NCBI GenBank assembly: GCA_963796275.1
Contig: CAWCKY010000006.1
Coordinates: 448,001 to 512,000, forward strand
Origin: an uncultured Acidobacteriota bacterium
Lineage (GTDB): Bacteria > Acidobacteriota > Blastocatellia > RBC074
Direction of reading: 5' to 3'
Length of the DNA: 64,000 nucleotides
Each line of letters opens with the position of its first letter. Position 1 is the first letter of the stretch. The position numbers were made by a program, and so were the translations under genes. Under the pieces are notes generated by a model, which did no database searches, was not told the DNA's origin, and worked only from the letters and a program-made list of their open reading frames with translations. Below, in pieces: positions 25,505-39,698 of the stretch.

Positions 25505-26908
25505 TTCACTGTGTTCTTCTCCATCGTAATGCCAAACTGTCGATTCATCCTCGATCCTGGTTTCGAGATGAACGGGACGCCCCCAGAGTTTGTACACGTA
25601 TTCGAGTACTTTCCGAGCGTATCGCTGGTCTAGTTCGGCGGTCTCGTATCGATGATTCAAATATAATTCGCGGTTGCCGTCGTAATCTCCATCGATGACT
25701 TCGATGTAGGGATATCCGAAGTTGGTCATGTTCGAGACTAATTGATCGCGCACGCGTTCCCAGCGCTTCTCGGTCACCGTCCATTCTTCCTCCTCGACCA
25801 ACTCATAAACGAAAAGATCCAGATCTTCGCACAAATCCTCGGTCAGATAGTTGCGGAGGAAAGAGACGTCATTATCGAGCTCGCGTACTTCCATGATCTT
25901 CGCCCACCCTTCGCCAGGTTTGCGATCGAACTTCTCCTGTTCCTCTTTGCTCGGATTGTTCCAGCGGCGTTCGATGTCTTCGAGAATCTTGTAGCCCAGA
26001 TAATAGGGATTGAGTTGATTGCGGTGCGGGGAGACGACGCCAGCGTGCAATTCGGCGAATTCAAGGTGTTCGTGATCCGGCAGGTCCAGCTCCCGCATAA
26101 TTCTCGAGTGGAGAAGCGATGCGAATCCCTCGTTCATTATCTTCGTTTGCATCTGCGGCACGAAATAGAGCATCTCGTCATGGATCATGGAGATGATATC
26201 GCGCTGCCAGGGTTGGAGGATCGGCGAGTTATGCATTAAGAACCAGATCAGGTCTTTCTCCGGCGCCGTCTTCTCCTCCTGCTTCTTGGCGGCTTCTGCT
26301 TTCTCGATCGCCTCGCGTTCCTGGGTCGACATCAGGTCATCGTAACGGCCGGTGAATGCCTTCTTCGTCTCTTTTTCGGGCTCGTCTCCGTTACGGCGTT
26401 TCTTTATGAAAAAGTTCGGATCGACGTGCTCTTCAATGGAGAGCACCGAATCGAGGAAATCTTCCACGACTTTTCGGCCGTGTTTGAACTCATATTCGTT
26501 GATGCGGCGCGCGTGCATCGCTGCGTCATCGACCATCCGGCGGTTGGTCTGCGAGAAGTAGACGTTATGTTTGAAGAAATCTACGTGACCCAGCACGTGG
26601 GCGATGACCAGCTTGTTCTGCAACAGAGAATTGGTTTCCAGCAGAAATGCGTATGAGGGATTGGCATTGATCACGACCTCATATATCTTCGACAGGCCGA
26701 AGTCATACATTGTCTTCATCTTGTAATAGGCCTTGCCGAACGTCCAATGGGAGTAACGGCCGGGCAGAGCGTAAGAGCCTATTTCGTACATGACTGTCGC
26801 AGGCACGATTTCGAACCTCGTCGGAAACGGGTCGAGGCCGAATTTCCCGGTCGCAATATCCCAGATCCTTTCCAGCGCTTTTTCGAGCTCTTTCACTTCA
26901 TTGTCCAT
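25499..26908 (-). CDS. SpoVR family protein
   Basis: SHWTFGK; KIYEVVIN; [10 protein letters not shown]; [10 protein letters not shown]; NPYYLG; start MDNEVK after GAGGG. Confidence 0.9.
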   Translation of the reverse strand: MDNEVKELEKALERIWDIATGKFGLDPFPTRFEIVPATVMYEIGSYALPGRYSHWTFGKAYYKMKTMYDFGLSKIYEVVINANPSYAFLLETNSLLQNKLVIAHVLGHVDFFKHNVYFSQTNRRMVDDAAMHARRINEYEFKHGRKVVEDFLDSVLSIEEHVDPNFFIKKRRNGDEPEKETKKAFTGRYDDLMSTQEREAIEKAEAAKKQEEKTAPEKDLIWFLMHNSPILQPWQRDIISMIHDEMLYFVPQMQTKIMNEGFASLLHSRIMRELDLPDHEHLEFAELHAGVVSPHRNQLNPYYLGYKILEDIERRWNNPSKEEQEKFDRKPGEGWAKIMEVRELDNDVSFLRNYLTEDLCEDLDLFVYELVEEEEWTVTEKRWERVRDQLVSNMTNFGYPYIEVIDGDYDGNRELYLNHRYETAELDQRYARKVLEYVYKLWGRPVHLETRIEDESTVWHYDGEEHSES

Positions 26909-27052
26909 ATCTTCCCTCAAACTTTCTGACGCCTTGAGCGTACGTCATTATCAATATAGCACATCGATCGAGGGGGAGCGATGACTCGACTTTTCCGGTG
27001 GGCGATGAGATTATCGACTATGATTGAACGAATACACCAAAACGGTGATTGA

Positions 27053-27985
27053 ATGATCGATTTTACAAAGATGACGACGGCGGGATTAATCGAACTGCTG
27101 TTGAAAGAAGAGGATCGGGTAACCGAGCAGCACATAAAAGAACTTATCGGCCGGGGAGAAGACGCTGCTGCTCCGTTGCGCGATGTTTTAACGAACGAAG
27201 ATTTCTGGTACGAGGGAACAAGCGGAGATCACTGGATGCCGGTTCACGCGATCGTAACTCTCGGCGCGATGCGCGATGAAATGGCATTTCCCGATCTCAT
27301 CGAGATGGTCCCGCATGCCTATTTCTCAAATCATGAAGGGGTGATGCAGGTCCTGCCCGCCGCATTGGCTGAATATGGGGACAAAGCCATAGAGCCGTAT
27401 ATGAGGTTCATCACCCAATATCGGGGAGCCTATTGGGACAATCCCGATTTTTCGTCAAGTCGACGTGATTTCTCGGCGGCTCTGACCCGAATTGCGCTCA
27501 GCGGCGATCTCGCCCGGAGCCGCGTCACCGATTTCATTTGCGATACCTTCGCCGACGCGGAAGAAGACGATTCACTTTTTCTCTCTTTGTGCGCCGCACA
27601 TCCCGTGGCGCTCGATAAAGATAGGGGTTTGAGAGCGCTGCGTATGGCCTTTAGCCGCGGCGCCATCGATGAAGCGATAACCGGGAGATTCAAGGAACTG
27701 GTCGAATCGCTCGAAGACCCGCACTCGAACGCCTACGGCGAGATCGAATATGGCCTGTTCGAATTCTATAATCCCGAGTCGGTCGATGAGCGACGACGCG
27801 AGAGAATGGAAAAGGAGAAAGAGGAAGGAAAGCTTTACTGGGAGATCGAGGATAAGCAAGTCCCTTCCGGTTATGAAGTGACAGTCGATGGAATCATCCA
27901 CAACTTACAGAAGATAGGACGCAACGATCCATGCCACTGCGGGTCGGGTAAGAAGTATAAAAAATGTTGTGGCACAGACAGATAA
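27053..27985 (+). CDS. DUF1186-like helical protein with C-terminal SEC-C motif
   Basis: [20 protein letters not shown]; HEAT-like N-terminal region. Confidence 0.8.
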   Translation: MIDFTKMTTAGLIELLLKEEDRVTEQHIKELIGRGEDAAAPLRDVLTNEDFWYEGTSGDHWMPVHAIVTLGAMRDEMAFPDLIEMVPHAYFSNHEGVMQVLPAALAEYGDKAIEPYMRFITQYRGAYWDNPDFSSSRRDFSAALTRIALSGDLARSRVTDFICDTFADAEEDDSLFLSLCAAHPVALDKDRGLRALRMAFSRGAIDEAITGRFKELVESLEDPHSNAYGEIEYGLFEFYNPESVDERRRERMEKEKEEGKLYWEIEDKQVPSGYEVTVDGIIHNLQKIGRNDPCHCGSGKKYKKCCGTDR

Positions 27986-28134
27986 TATGACATACTTTTT
28001 ATGCTTTGCCTTAAAGCACTAAGACCCCTTCACCTTAATACCATTGTTCCTCATTTATCCACCTTGAGTGATCAGTTTTTAACTCGAGTTATGTTGCAAA
28101 TGAACCAGGAATAACGAAGATCGGAGGAAATGTA

Positions 28135-29706
28135 ATGATCAGAGTTGGATACTTTCTTTTGGGCGCAGCACTTTTGGTCTTGCTCGTTGCTGCCGCTTTA
28201 GCCCAGGGCGAGCAGTCTGCGGATGAAAAAAATAATGACATCACGCGCAAGACGCTGGCCGTCAGATATACCGAGAATAAAAAAACCAGCGTCAATATCA
28301 CGGGTACGCCGGTCGCCCCCCGAATCACGGGGAAGGGCGAGGTCGAATACAAAAAGAATGATGCGCGGATCAAGCTGAAAGTGGAGAACCTGGATAATCC
28401 GCAGTCTTATGGCCCGTTTTATACGACCTATGTTGTTTGGGCGGTAACCCCCGAGGGACAGACGGAGAACCTGATCGAACTGCCCAGCGGAAATAAAGTG
28501 GATGTTGAAACCAAGTCCGCCGCGCAGACCTTCGGATTCATCATAACCGCCGAACCGCACAGCGCCGTCAGAATGCCTTCTCAAAAAGTAGTTGCCGAGA
28601 CGACCTTGCGAAAGAACATGATTTCGCCGCCTCAGACAACGGAAGCGGAATACCGCATGGACAAGGGAAATCTTTACGAGGTCTCCAGCGCTGACGCAAT
28701 AGTGTTGCAGCCGGATTACACAACTCCGCGTCTGGTCCTCGGTGCGCGCCGGTCTCTCGATATTGCCCGCCGCGCGGGGGCGCGGGAATTTGCGACGGAT
28801 GCATTCCAACAGGCGCAGAGCATGCTCCAGACGTTGGAACAGACCTGGCCGCTTAATTTGAAGAGCGAGACCAAATTCAGCGGTCTGGCTCGGGATGTCC
28901 AGCGGCTCGGGCAGGTCGCGCGCGATAAAGCGATCGAAAGTGAATACCTGGCGCGCATCGAAAATGAGCGGCAGTCGCGTTTGCGCAGTCTGGAGGAGGC
29001 GCGCGCCCGGGCGGAAGCTGCACAGGCTGAGGCCGAGCGCGTCAAGCTGGAAGCGGATCGCGCCCGCGCTGAAGCGGAGCGAGCCAAGGCCGAAGCGGAA
29101 CTCGCCGAGCGAAAAGCCGCGGAAGAGCGGGTCCGCCGCGAGCAATCTACCCGCGAGGCCGAAGCTGCTCGAGCCAAGGCGGAATCCGATCGTCTGGCTG
29201 CGGCCTCCGCCCAGCAAGCCGCCCAGCAAGCTTTGAAACTGGCTGAGGATGCAAAACGCGAACGAGATACAGCTCTCCAGCGTCTTTATGTTTCCCTCTC
29301 GGAGATTCTGGAAACGAAGCGTGAGACGCGCGGATTCATCGTCAACATCGGCGACGTTCTCTTCGATACCGGCAAGGCCACGCTCAAGTCAGGGGCCCGG
29401 GAGAAACTGAGCAAGCTGGCGGGAATTCTGCTCGCATACCCCGGCACGCTGACCATCGAGATAGAAGGGCACACCGATAGTACAGGGTCGGATGACCTCA
29501 ATAACAAATTATCGCTGAATCGGGCGGAATCCGTGCGGGAATACCTGGTGCAGTCGAGCGTCAAGGGCGAGCGAATCAAATCGGTCCAGGGGTTCGGCAA
29601 GAGCAAGCCGATAGCATCTAACGATTCCTCGGCCGGCCGCCAGATGAACCGTCGCGTCGAAGTCGTCATAGATGATCAGGCGCAATCTCAAGCTAAAGAA
29701 CAATAG
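28135..29706 (+). CDS. OmpA family protein with long Ala/Glu/Arg coiled coil
   Basis: Signal peptide; [11 protein letters not shown]; IEGHTDSTG; NRRVEVVI. Confidence 0.92.
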   Translation: MIRVGYFLLGAALLVLLVAAALAQGEQSADEKNNDITRKTLAVRYTENKKTSVNITGTPVAPRITGKGEVEYKKNDARIKLKVENLDNPQSYGPFYTTYVVWAVTPEGQTENLIELPSGNKVDVETKSAAQTFGFIITAEPHSAVRMPSQKVVAETTLRKNMISPPQTTEAEYRMDKGNLYEVSSADAIVLQPDYTTPRLVLGARRSLDIARRAGAREFATDAFQQAQSMLQTLEQTWPLNLKSETKFSGLARDVQRLGQVARDKAIESEYLARIENERQSRLRSLEEARARAEAAQAEAERVKLEADRARAEAERAKAEAELAERKAAEERVRREQSTREAEAARAKAESDRLAAASAQQAAQQALKLAEDAKRERDTALQRLYVSLSEILETKRETRGFIVNIGDVLFDTGKATLKSGAREKLSKLAGILLAYPGTLTIEIEGHTDSTGSDDLNNKLSLNRAESVREYLVQSSVKGERIKSVQGFGKSKPIASNDSSAGRQMNRRVEVVIDDQAQSQAKEQ

Positions 29707-29715
29707 GCGCAGGAA

Positions 29716-29756
29716 GCAGGCGGTTCGTGCCGATCTAGCTCGAGCGAACCGCCTGC
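29716..29756 (+). terminator. Hairpin downstream of the ompA-family gene
   Basis: GCAGGCGGTTCG / CGAACCGCCTGC perfect stem. Confidence 0.6.
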
Positions 29757-29770
29757 CGCTCGCTTTACGG

Positions 29771-29799
29771 TTGACATTTCTGTATTCGTCTAATAAAAT
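29771..29799 (+). promoter_or_regulatory. Sigma70 promoter of mutS2
   Basis: TTGACA-17 nt-TAAAAT. Confidence 0.75.
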
Positions 29800-29829
29800 C
29801 CATCGGTTTGAGCATAAATATCTACAAGT

Positions 29830-32277
29830 TTGACCTCAGAACAGACTAAGACCATGCAGCGTCAGGCTATTCATACCCTTGAATTCGATAAGCTCAAGGA
29901 AGTGCTTGCGCAGAAAGTGCGCACTCCATTGGGTGAGGCGTTGATTGAAGACCTGAAGGTCTCGGATCGCGAAGAAGAGATATTGCTGGAGTTACGGCGC
30001 ACGAGCGAAGGAGTAGCCTATCTGCGTGAAGGGACGGCGCTGGACATTCACGATCTGCCCGATCCCAGGGTAGCGCTCGGCAAATTGAATGTCGCCGATG
30101 TCAATCTCGAACCATTCGAAATACTAGACCTTTTGCGTTTGATCTCGGTGGCCATGGGATTGCGGGAAACATTTCAAACGGAAGCTGAAAAATACCCGCT
30201 GTTTCGGGAGATCACCGGGACCATACCGAATCTGCGGGCCCTCTACCAGCGCCTGCGCGGGCGCATTTCGCCAAACGGGGAGATCGAAGATTTCGCCAGT
30301 CCCGAGTTGCGCGAAGTGAGGTTTCAAATGGCGAAGTTGCGCGCGCAGATTCAACGATCGCTCGAAGGCATACTCAAACGGGCGGAAGAAGGCCACGCGC
30401 TGCGCGATGATTTCATCACCATTCGTAACGAGCGTTACGTCATACCGATCCGAAACGACAACCGCGGCGTAGTCGCAGGGGTCGTCCACGGGGTGTCATC
30501 TTCCGGCCAGACCGTCTTCGTTGAACCGCTCGATACGATTAACATGAATAACGAGCTGGTGCGGCTGCGCGAGGAGGAGCAGGCTGAGATCACCAAGATT
30601 CTCTTCGTGATCACGGAGGAACTGCGCGAGGAGCGCGCAAGTTTACGGACAATGGCTGATGCCGTGGCGACGGTCGATTTCGTCGCGGCCAAGGCGAGAC
30701 TCGCGATCGGACAGAATGCCATCGAGCCCAGGATTAATAAAAACGGCGGACTCGCGCTCGAGGGCGCACGCCATCCGCTGCTCGAAGAGAGTTTGAAAGC
30801 GCAGGGGCTGCCGATCGTTCCGATCTCGCTCGAGCTCGATGCTGAAAATCGCGTCATGGTGGTCAGCGGACCGAACGCGGGCGGCAAAACCGTTGTGCTC
30901 AAGACCGTCGGGTTGCTCTCGTTGATGGCGCAGGCGGGGATGCACGTCCCCGCGACGAATGCCGATTTGCCTGTCTTCAATCAGGTGCTGGCGGATATCG
31001 GCGATCATCAATCCATCGCGGCCAACCTCTCGACTTTCACGGCACACATCCAGAATATTCGCGAGATCAGCGACGAGCTCGATCCGCCGGCGCTGGTGCT
31101 GCTGGATGAAGTTGGAACCGGGACCGATCCTGAGGAAGGCTCGGCTTTGGGCGTCGCCATGGTCGACTACTTCCGCAATCGCGGGGCACACATCATCGTG
31201 ACGACTCATTACAGCGGATTAAAGATTTACGCGACGAACACATCAGGGGTGATCAACGCGAGCGTGGAATTCGACGAAAGAACGCTGAAGCCGACCTATC
31301 ATCTTCTGACCGGTATCGCCGGATCCTCGTCGGGAATCGAGATCGCCCGCCGCGTCGGGCTGCCGAAGGCCATCACCGACCAGGCTGCCGAGAAGGTCAA
31401 AACATCGAGCGCCGATGCATCAGAATACCTGCGAAGGCTGAAAGAACAGTTCGATCAACAGCAACAGACCAACGCCGCGCTTGATGAGGAACGGGCGGCG
31501 GTTGCCGAAAAGTATGCCCGGCTCGAGCTCGATTTCAACAAACGCGAGCGGGCGCGCGAGCAAGAGTTCCGCAATGAATTGCAAAAAGTCGTCGGCGCGT
31601 TCGGGGAGCGAGCCGAAAAATTCTTTGCCACCATAGAAGATGCAGCCGCGGCGCGGCGCGTGCGGAAAGAGATCGAACGGCGATCGGTCGACCTTAAAGT
31701 GGCCGCCAGCACCGCCGCCCGTCAGTTCCATCAGGAGACCGGAACAAACGCTCAATCCGAGGCTTCACCAGAAAGTCAGCGAGAAGCCAGTAGCGGAGAG
31801 CCCGTCGATTTCCAGATCGGCGATCGCGTACGACTGGTGTCGCTCGGCCAGGAAGGGATGGTCGAATCGGTTAACGATGATGAGGTCGGCGTTCAGGTGG
31901 GGGCGTTGCGATTCCGTGAGCGGAGAGAGAACTTGAGTTTGATCGAGCGTCGTCGTGAGACGAAGAAATCGGCAAAGGCGGCCATCGGGCTTCCAAAAGG
32001 GGTATCGGTTTCGCTGCAGGATCAACCCCGGACCGGCAGCGAGTTGAATGTAATCGGCAAGACGGTTAACGAAGCCACCGATGCGGCGGACAAATTTCTC
32101 GACGCCGCATATTTGGACAATTATGACCGCGTTCGCATCGTTCACGGTGTAGGGATGGGCGCATTAAAACGCGCTATTGCGGATTTGCTCTCCGGCCATC
32201 CGCACGTCGCCAGCTATTATGGCGCCGCGCCGAATGAAGGAGGCAGCGGGGCGACAGTGGTGGAATTGAAGAAGTGA
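29830..32277 (+). CDS. mutS2: Endonuclease MutS2 / ribosome collision sensor
   Basis: [11 protein letters not shown]; SGPNAGGKT; LSTFTAH; [10 protein letters not shown]; Smr domain IVHGVGMG; start may be ATG 29854. Confidence 0.93.
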   Translation: MTSEQTKTMQRQAIHTLEFDKLKEVLAQKVRTPLGEALIEDLKVSDREEEILLELRRTSEGVAYLREGTALDIHDLPDPRVALGKLNVADVNLEPFEILDLLRLISVAMGLRETFQTEAEKYPLFREITGTIPNLRALYQRLRGRISPNGEIEDFASPELREVRFQMAKLRAQIQRSLEGILKRAEEGHALRDDFITIRNERYVIPIRNDNRGVVAGVVHGVSSSGQTVFVEPLDTINMNNELVRLREEEQAEITKILFVITEELREERASLRTMADAVATVDFVAAKARLAIGQNAIEPRINKNGGLALEGARHPLLEESLKAQGLPIVPISLELDAENRVMVVSGPNAGGKTVVLKTVGLLSLMAQAGMHVPATNADLPVFNQVLADIGDHQSIAANLSTFTAHIQNIREISDELDPPALVLLDEVGTGTDPEEGSALGVAMVDYFRNRGAHIIVTTHYSGLKIYATNTSGVINASVEFDERTLKPTYHLLTGIAGSSSGIEIARRVGLPKAITDQAAEKVKTSSADASEYLRRLKEQFDQQQQTNAALDEERAAVAEKYARLELDFNKRERAREQEFRNELQKVVGAFGERAEKFFATIEDAAAARRVRKEIERRSVDLKVAASTAARQFHQETGTNAQSEASPESQREASSGEPVDFQIGDRVRLVSLGQEGMVESVNDDEVGVQVGALRFRERRENLSLIERRRETKKSAKAAIGLPKGVSVSLQDQPRTGSELNVIGKTVNEATDAADKFLDAAYLDNYDRVRIVHGVGMGALKRAIADLLSGHPHVASYYGAAPNEGGSGATVVELKK

Positions 32278-32296
32278 CGTTTCACAAAGACAGAGC

Positions 32297-32432
32297 ATTG
32301 TTCATTTTAAATTTTAGATTTTAGATTTAGATTTAGATTTAGATTTAGATTTAGATTTTAGATTTTGTCATCGGATTCGCCGCGTTCCTTCAATGACAAA
32401 TGTAAAATCTACAATGAACAATGAAAAATGAC
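32297..32432. repeat. Inverted array of ATTTTAG/ATTTAG units with CATTGTT / AACAATG ends
   Basis: The left arm has a run of ATTTAG hexamers and is longer than the right arm. Confidence 0.85.
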
Positions 32433-32447
32433 ACGCTAGCTATAGAC

Positions 32448-34286
32448 ATGCGAATTCCCAGAGGTTTCAGTCAGGAGTTACGTAATCAAGCGGACATCCT
32501 GCGCGTCATCGGCGATTACGTATCCCTGAAGAAAAAGGGGGCGAATTACTGGGCCTGTTGCCCCTTCCATCAAGAGAAGACCGCGAGCTTTAGCGTCAAC
32601 CCGGCGAAACAATTCTACAAATGTTTTGGCTGCGGCAAGGCCGGCGACGTCATAAGCTTCGTAATGGAGATCGAAGGCTCCCCGTTCCCCGAGGCTGTCA
32701 AGACAGTGGCCGATAAATGCGGCATATCGATTCCGCAGGTTTCGACAGGCGAAGATTCCCGCGAGTTTGAACAACTTGACCGCCAGCGCGCCGATCTGTT
32801 GCAAATCAATCAACTGGCAACAGAGTTCTTTGAAAAGAACCTGATTGAAACTTCCGAAGGAAAACGTGCGTTGAATTACCTCGCCCAGCGAGGTATCGAC
32901 GAGGAGACGAGAAAAGCGTTTCGGCTAGGCTATTCTCCAAATAGCTGGGATGCATTAAGCACTTTTTTACATACTTCAGGCGCAACTCGTACTCAAATCG
33001 AACGTAGCGGCTTAGTTAAGCTGAAGGATAATGGGTCGGGATATTATGATCGCTTTCGCAGCCGCTTAATATTTCCGATCAGCGACGCTCAGGGACGGAT
33101 AATCGCCTTTGGCGGCCGGATCATCGGTGAAGGTGAACCGAAGTATCTAAATTCGCCAGAAACGGTACTATACACGAAGGGAAAGCACCTATTCGGACTA
33201 TACCAGGCTAGGGAAGCCATCCGACGTAAAGGTTATGCTATATTGGTCGAGGGGTATTTAGATTTTCTAATTCCATTTCAATATGGGGTGAAAAACCTGG
33301 TTGCCAGTCTGGGGACGGCATTGACAGAAAACCAGGTGCGGCTACTGGGACGATACGGTCGGCAGATCATTGTCAACTTCGACCCGGATTCAGCTGGGGT
33401 TGCCGCGACTAAACGCAGTTTAGAGTTGCTTTTAGCAGAAGGATTCAAGGCAAATGTATTGACATTGCCGGACAACTTGGATCCGGATGAGTACATCAGA
33501 AGGAACGGCTCTAAAGGATATTTGAAATTACTGAAGGACTCGAAACCATTTTTGGAATATATAGTCGAGTCGGCGATCGGTTCGAATGATCAGACAAAAC
33601 CGAGCGGTAAAGTCGAAACGATTAACGCAATTCTTCCGTATTTGAAATTGGTTAAGGACCAAATAGGGCGAGCCGAGTATTTTGAACAGATCGCCGACCG
33701 GCTTAAGCTCGAAACCAAGCTGATCCGTGATGAGTTCAAAAAAGCCGCCGATACGCGAGCCTCAGCAATCAGCGAGCGTGCTCTCCAAGCAACTATTGCA
33801 GTAAAACCTGCGGAGCGAAAATTGCTTGAAATCATGCTCAGTTGTGATGAAGTTCGGCGGCAACTAATTAGTCGGATTAAAGAAGAAGATTATGAAGGGT
33901 TTAGGACTGCCCAACTATTCCGGCTGATTATTGAATTTGAGCGGGAGGGCAGGGAAGCGACCTATCCGGCTTTAATCGAAGCGATGGATGATGAGGAACT
34001 GGCTCGTGAGTTGCTTCCAAAATTTATGACCAGCGAATTCGGGAGCGAAACTTCCGAGAATGGTTGGTTGGAGAGAGCGGAGCGCGAAGCCGATGAGAGT
34101 CTTTACAGTTTGCGTTGCGCAAAGTTGGCTGAAAAGCAGGCGGCCCTGCAAACAGAGATAAATAATGCGCAGCGTACCAACGATCCCGGGCGGCTTGGCG
34201 AGTTGATGATGCTCAAATATGAATTGGCTAAGAAGGAGCGGGCAATGGCGCAAAGAAATGACCGGGTGAACGGAAATGCCGATTGA
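32448..34286 (+). CDS. dnaG: DNA primase
   Basis: [11 protein letters not shown]...CFGCG zinc finger; [12 protein letters not shown]; PKYLNSPET; VEGYLD; DPDSAG; DPDE. Confidence 0.96.
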   Translation: MRIPRGFSQELRNQADILRVIGDYVSLKKKGANYWACCPFHQEKTASFSVNPAKQFYKCFGCGKAGDVISFVMEIEGSPFPEAVKTVADKCGISIPQVSTGEDSREFEQLDRQRADLLQINQLATEFFEKNLIETSEGKRALNYLAQRGIDEETRKAFRLGYSPNSWDALSTFLHTSGATRTQIERSGLVKLKDNGSGYYDRFRSRLIFPISDAQGRIIAFGGRIIGEGEPKYLNSPETVLYTKGKHLFGLYQAREAIRRKGYAILVEGYLDFLIPFQYGVKNLVASLGTALTENQVRLLGRYGRQIIVNFDPDSAGVAATKRSLELLLAEGFKANVLTLPDNLDPDEYIRRNGSKGYLKLLKDSKPFLEYIVESAIGSNDQTKPSGKVETINAILPYLKLVKDQIGRAEYFEQIADRLKLETKLIRDEFKKAADTRASAISERALQATIAVKPAERKLLEIMLSCDEVRRQLISRIKEEDYEGFRTAQLFRLIIEFEREGREATYPALIEAMDDEELARELLPKFMTSEFGSETSENGWLERAEREADESLYSLRCAKLAEKQAALQTEINNAQRTNDPGRLGELMMLKYELAKKERAMAQRNDRVNGNAD

Positions 34287-34393
34287 GAGAAAACTTTTAT
34301 CCGCTTACTCATCGTAAAAGTGAAGAGGAAGAGTGAAATTAGTTACGCCGTGACTGCTGCGGAAAGGACGGTCCGGTGAAGGGGGTGATTAAA

Positions 34394-36103
<1,710 letters not shown>

Positions 36104-36129
36104 TAGAAATTCTTCTGGGGAATAAAACA

Positions 36130-36198
36130 AGGAAAAATAGTAAAAAGGAGCAAAAAGGTTAATTTTTGCTCCTTTCGCTATTATGCCTATTTGTTTCC
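36130..36198. repeat. Inverted ~9-mer array (GCAAAAAGG-like) between convergent rpoD and VWA gene
   Basis: AAAGGAGCAAAAA / TTTTTGCTCCTTT core stem with degenerate outer units. Confidence 0.75.
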
Positions 36199-36201
36199 AT
36201 T

Positions 36202-37269
36202 CTAGGGTTGTTGCCCGCGCGGTCGTGCGTAGTATCCCTCTTTGGTTTTAATTACCACCTCACCCAATCGCTTTCGAGTTTCGGGTATCAGGACAAGCCT
36301 GAGACGCCGATAGCCCGCTTCAAGCTGCTCGCGTTTCGAGCTGAACCCGAGACTGTAACGATTTCTCAGGCTATCGATGAGCTGCGCCAGGCGAACATTG
36401 ATCTCCAGGCTGGGAGATTGGATGATTTCACCACCCGTCTGATTGACAAATGGATCGATCGTCATTCGTCTGCGAAAGATGTCTTTGCCGTCGCCACCCC
36501 GCCGGAACATCTTTTCGGCTTTCGATAAAGAGCCCTCGACCACGAGTCCACACACCATACTGCCCGATTCAATCACCGGATCCGAAACATCTTTTTCTGA
36601 AAGGCCATAGCCGTAGTAGTCCCAGGAGACATTGTCGGTAATGACAATAACCACACGGCGGCTTATCGGATTGCTTGCCTTATTCATGTAAGATGCGGCA
36701 TCGCGCAATGCCGGATAGATCAGGGTTCCCTGACCGATCAAAGGCGTTTTCTCAATCTGGCCGATCCTGGTCAGGATTGCCCGCCTGTCGGTTGTAAAAT
36801 CCTGCACCACGTTTGTCGAAGTAGAGAATGCGATGACGGCGACCTCGTCCTTCTCTTTCAAACGGTTGAGCGCCACCAGAGCCCCATCGCGAATTTCCGT
36901 TAACACGGGGTTTACGCTCCCGCTCAGATCGATGAGCAGTATCACGGAGAGTGAGATCTGGTCGCGGCTGAAGTGAGTGATCTGCTGCCTGATACCGTCT
37001 TCGTAGAGCTCGAAATCTGCGGCGCTCAGCCCGTTTATGATCTCCCCGTTTTTGCGCTTCAACACCTGAGCGTCGATAACGACCAGATCGGTGTTGACCC
37101 TGATGATCTCCTGCTGATCTTTCCGAGAAGAATCGTTTTGCGCTGCGATCGTAATGGCCAGACAGACGAAAATGACGAAATTTAAACAACCAGAAAGATA
37201 AAAAGGGGCAATAAAAAATCCTCCCTTTTTATCTTTTTTTATCTTTTTTGCCCGTTCTATTTCCACCAC
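36202..37269 (-). CDS. VWA-domain protein, acidobacterial type
   Basis: [14 protein letters not shown]; [16 protein letters not shown]; MIDAS DLSGS; VITD; LRNRYSLGF; GYY; start uncertain. Confidence 0.88.
   Translation of the reverse strand: MVEIERAKKIKKDKKGGFFIAPFYLSGCLNFVIFVCLAITIAAQNDSSRKDQQEIIRVNTDLVVIDAQVLKRKNGEIINGLSAADFELYEDGIRQQITHFSRDQISLSVILLIDLSGSVNPVLTEIRDGALVALNRLKEKDEVAVIAFSTSTNVVQDFTTDRRAILTRIGQIEKTPLIGQGTLIYPALRDAASYMNKASNPISRRVVIVITDNVSWDYYGYGLSEKDVSDPVIESGSMVCGLVVEGSLSKAEKMFRRGGDGKDIFRRRMTIDPFVNQTGGEIIQSPSLEINVRLAQLIDSLRNRYSLGFSSKREQLEAGYRRLRLVLIPETRKRLGEVVIKTKEGYYARPRGQQP
37192..37264. repeat. Inverted ~9-mer array (GATAAAAAG / CTTTTTATC) at the 5' end of the VWA gene
   Basis: GATAAAAAGGG / CCCTTTTTATC stem plus extra TTTTTATCT units. 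Confidence 0.7.
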
Positions 37270-37297
37270 GGATTTTATTTTGACACCCTGAGTATAA

Positions 37298-38869
37298 CTA
37301 TGACTTGGAATCGGCTCCGACTCTAATTTTAACTATAACCAGCGACAGAATCGAGAACAGTAACATGAGAACTTCGGAATCTCCGAAATTATAATTGGTA
37401 AGGGAGCTTACCGAGAAGCCGGTGAGGGCTCCGAGAGTTCCAAGCATCAGACTTTGGTTGAACTCATCTCCTATCTGATTCTTGTACCCGCGCCATACCA
37501 TCACCATTATAGCTGCCATCAGCCACATGTAGGAGGCCAGCGCGGGAAGGCCGCGGTCCATCGCGATCTGGATCGGAGTCGAGTGTGTATGCGTGATGTA
37601 TTCGCCGGGGAATCCCCATTCCTTCCAGTGAAGTTTAACGGAATCCATCCCGACTCCCGTCAGCGGGCGTTTGGGGATAACGCGCAGGCCTGCTTTCATA
37701 TAATTGATTCGTCTCGACGTGCTGTCGTCGTTAAAGCTGATGGCAGTTTGCTCGCGCGTCTTCGTGATGACGTAAAGCCCGAGGCCGCCCAGGAGTAACG
37801 CTATCAAAACAGCAACGATCGATGCGAGACGGCTCCCGCTGATCAGAGAAACGATAAGAACTGCGATTATGAAAGAAGCTATTACCGCTCGGGTGGCGGT
37901 CAAGATCAGTGCCGTCGTGAAGAGGAAGAAGAGCAGGCAGGAAATTTTGAGCCAGATCGTGGGACTGCGCCTACGCATCCACAACCTGAAAGAGGTGAGC
38001 AGTCCGCCGAATGTGAGAAGAGCGAGAACCTGCATCTGTTCGGCGTAGGTCTGGTATTGCCGCGTAAATCCCGATATTCGGAACTGGCGGCTGCGTCCCC
38101 CCGTCTTGATACCGAGCGGGTTGGCGCGGGCTTTCAGCTCATCGGTCACGGTCAAAGAGACAGGAATTGGGCCACCCTCATGAAGGGCTTGTACCTCAAC
38201 GATATCGCCCGCGCGATGCTGGCGAATCACGCGAGCAGCTTCGTCCGTCGAGGTGACCCGTTTTTTCCCTATCATCCAGATGACATCGCCCGGTATCAAA
38301 TTGGTCCCGGCTAGCGGGCTGCCGGTCTCAAATGCGGTGATAATCATCCCGCGTCCCCATACTTTTTCTATCAAACTGAAACCCGCTCCGACGGAGCTCG
38401 ATAGAAGCAGCAGGCCGAGCAGGAAATAGATTCCGCGCGGTCGTAGATTGGACGCGATTATGTAGATCACACCGAAGAGCAGCAGCGCCTTAAGCTTCGG
38501 CAGGCTGATGCCCGGTTCGACGGAGAAGAGGGAAGAGAGGGCAGTGAGGGATGCAAAACAGATCAGCGGCAAATCGATGGGCGTTCTGGTGAAGTTGAAC
38601 CGGCGCAGCGTGATATCGCGCGCGATCCACGCGACTAAAGAGAGATTCAAACTAATATGCGCCGCCGCGATCGAGTGGGGAACCGAGATTGAAAAGAGAA
38701 AGAGAAAGAAGATGAGCGCGCGACTGCACCAGCGCGCGAACGGTGTTGTAACATCGACTTGAACCAGCGCGTCATAATAACTGATCCAGTTCGAAGATTG
38801 CGATTGAGCCGATGCTTCATCGCCCTTCTTGATCTGCTCGCTTTGGCTGACTGCAGAGCGTGGAGTCAT
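37298..38869 (-). CDS. O-antigen ligase (Wzy_C) family membrane protein with inserted PDZ domain
   Basis: Multiple TM helices; [18 protein letters not shown]-like segment; LTATRA; PLTGVG; HTHSTPIQ. Confidence 0.8.
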   Translation of the reverse strand: MTPRSAVSQSEQIKKGDEASAQSQSSNWISYYDALVQVDVTTPFARWCSRALIFFLFLFSISVPHSIAAAHISLNLSLVAWIARDITLRRFNFTRTPIDLPLICFASLTALSSLFSVEPGISLPKLKALLLFGVIYIIASNLRPRGIYFLLGLLLLSSSVGAGFSLIEKVWGRGMIITAFETGSPLAGTNLIPGDVIWMIGKKRVTSTDEAARVIRQHRAGDIVEVQALHEGGPIPVSLTVTDELKARANPLGIKTGGRSRQFRISGFTRQYQTYAEQMQVLALLTFGGLLTSFRLWMRRRSPTIWLKISCLLFFLFTTALILTATRAVIASFIIAVLIVSLISGSRLASIVAVLIALLLGGLGLYVITKTREQTAISFNDDSTSRRINYMKAGLRVIPKRPLTGVGMDSVKLHWKEWGFPGEYITHTHSTPIQIAMDRGLPALASYMWLMAAIMVMVWRGYKNQIGDEFNQSLMLGTLGALTGFSVSSLTNYNFGDSEVLMLLFSILSLVIVKIRVGADSKS

Positions 38870-38897
38870 TGGTATTTTTCGGTTATTTCAAAAATAC

Positions 38898-39689
38898 TTA
38901 TTGCTTACGGCGTAGATAGATGCTTCCGTCCTGAGTCCATAAAAAGACTTTGGCAAGGCCCCTACCGCAGGCGGCTTCGACGAGTTGGTTCGTTTGCCTG
39001 TAGAACTTCATCGGAAATCCGCCCAGATCCATCACACCGCTGAACGACGAAGCCGATAATCTGAAATCGGCATTTGGGGGGAAATTAGCCTCGACGCGGC
39101 CGGAGAACGATTTAAGATTGTACTCGCCATCAGGCAATAAATCACCGTTGAAAATCACGTTTCCGCCCAGGCTGTGGGCTTCAACTTTGGGGCTGCGGAG
39201 CCCGGTCAATTGTATATTACCATCAGTCGTTATGCGAGCCAGGATGGGTCCACTCAGGTTGGCTACCGAGATAGCTCCCTTGTAAGTGAAGAGGTCGAGT
39301 TTGGTCGATGGAGGAACGGTGATATCGAAATCGACAGTACCGTGGCCTTTCACTTCCACCTTCACCTTACCTTCCTGATTTTGCGTCGCGGTGATATGCG
39401 ACTTATTATCGGCCTGCTTCGCGCTGATCGCAATTTTATTGCCGTCTGATGTCGAGACCTTGATTGAGCCGATCTGATTGATAACCTCCAGCTCGCTCGA
39501 TTCGGATGAGACAGTGAATGTTTTGCTGTAGGTTTGTGCCCCCGCCGAAACGTAGAGAAATCCGAGGATCAGCGTGACGACCGGTCCGTAAGTCAAAACC
39601 GCGAAGTGGCGAAGAAGACGAAGGTAGGAAAAAATATCCTCGTCCCTTGCGATTCTGCGCGGGTGAATTGCTTCGCTAATGAGCGTCAT
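38898..39689 (-). CDS. DUF4097 / adhesin-like beta-repeat protein
   Basis: One TM or signal segment; repeated xxG[S/N]I beta units; DFDITVP. Confidence 0.7.
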   Translation of the reverse strand: MTLISEAIHPRRIARDEDIFSYLRLLRHFAVLTYGPVVTLILGFLYVSAGAQTYSKTFTVSSESSELEVINQIGSIKVSTSDGNKIAISAKQADNKSHITATQNQEGKVKVEVKGHGTVDFDITVPPSTKLDLFTYKGAISVANLSGPILARITTDGNIQLTGLRSPKVEAHSLGGNVIFNGDLLPDGEYNLKSFSGRVEANFPPNADFRLSASSFSGVMDLGGFPMKFYRQTNQLVEAACGRGLAKVFLWTQDGSIYLRRKQ

Positions 39690-39698
39690 CGTTTACCT

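Noticed and set aside
28198-29229. 343-aa antisense ORF
   Set aside because: Shadow of the Ala/Glu/Arg-rich OmpA coding strand, with no motifs
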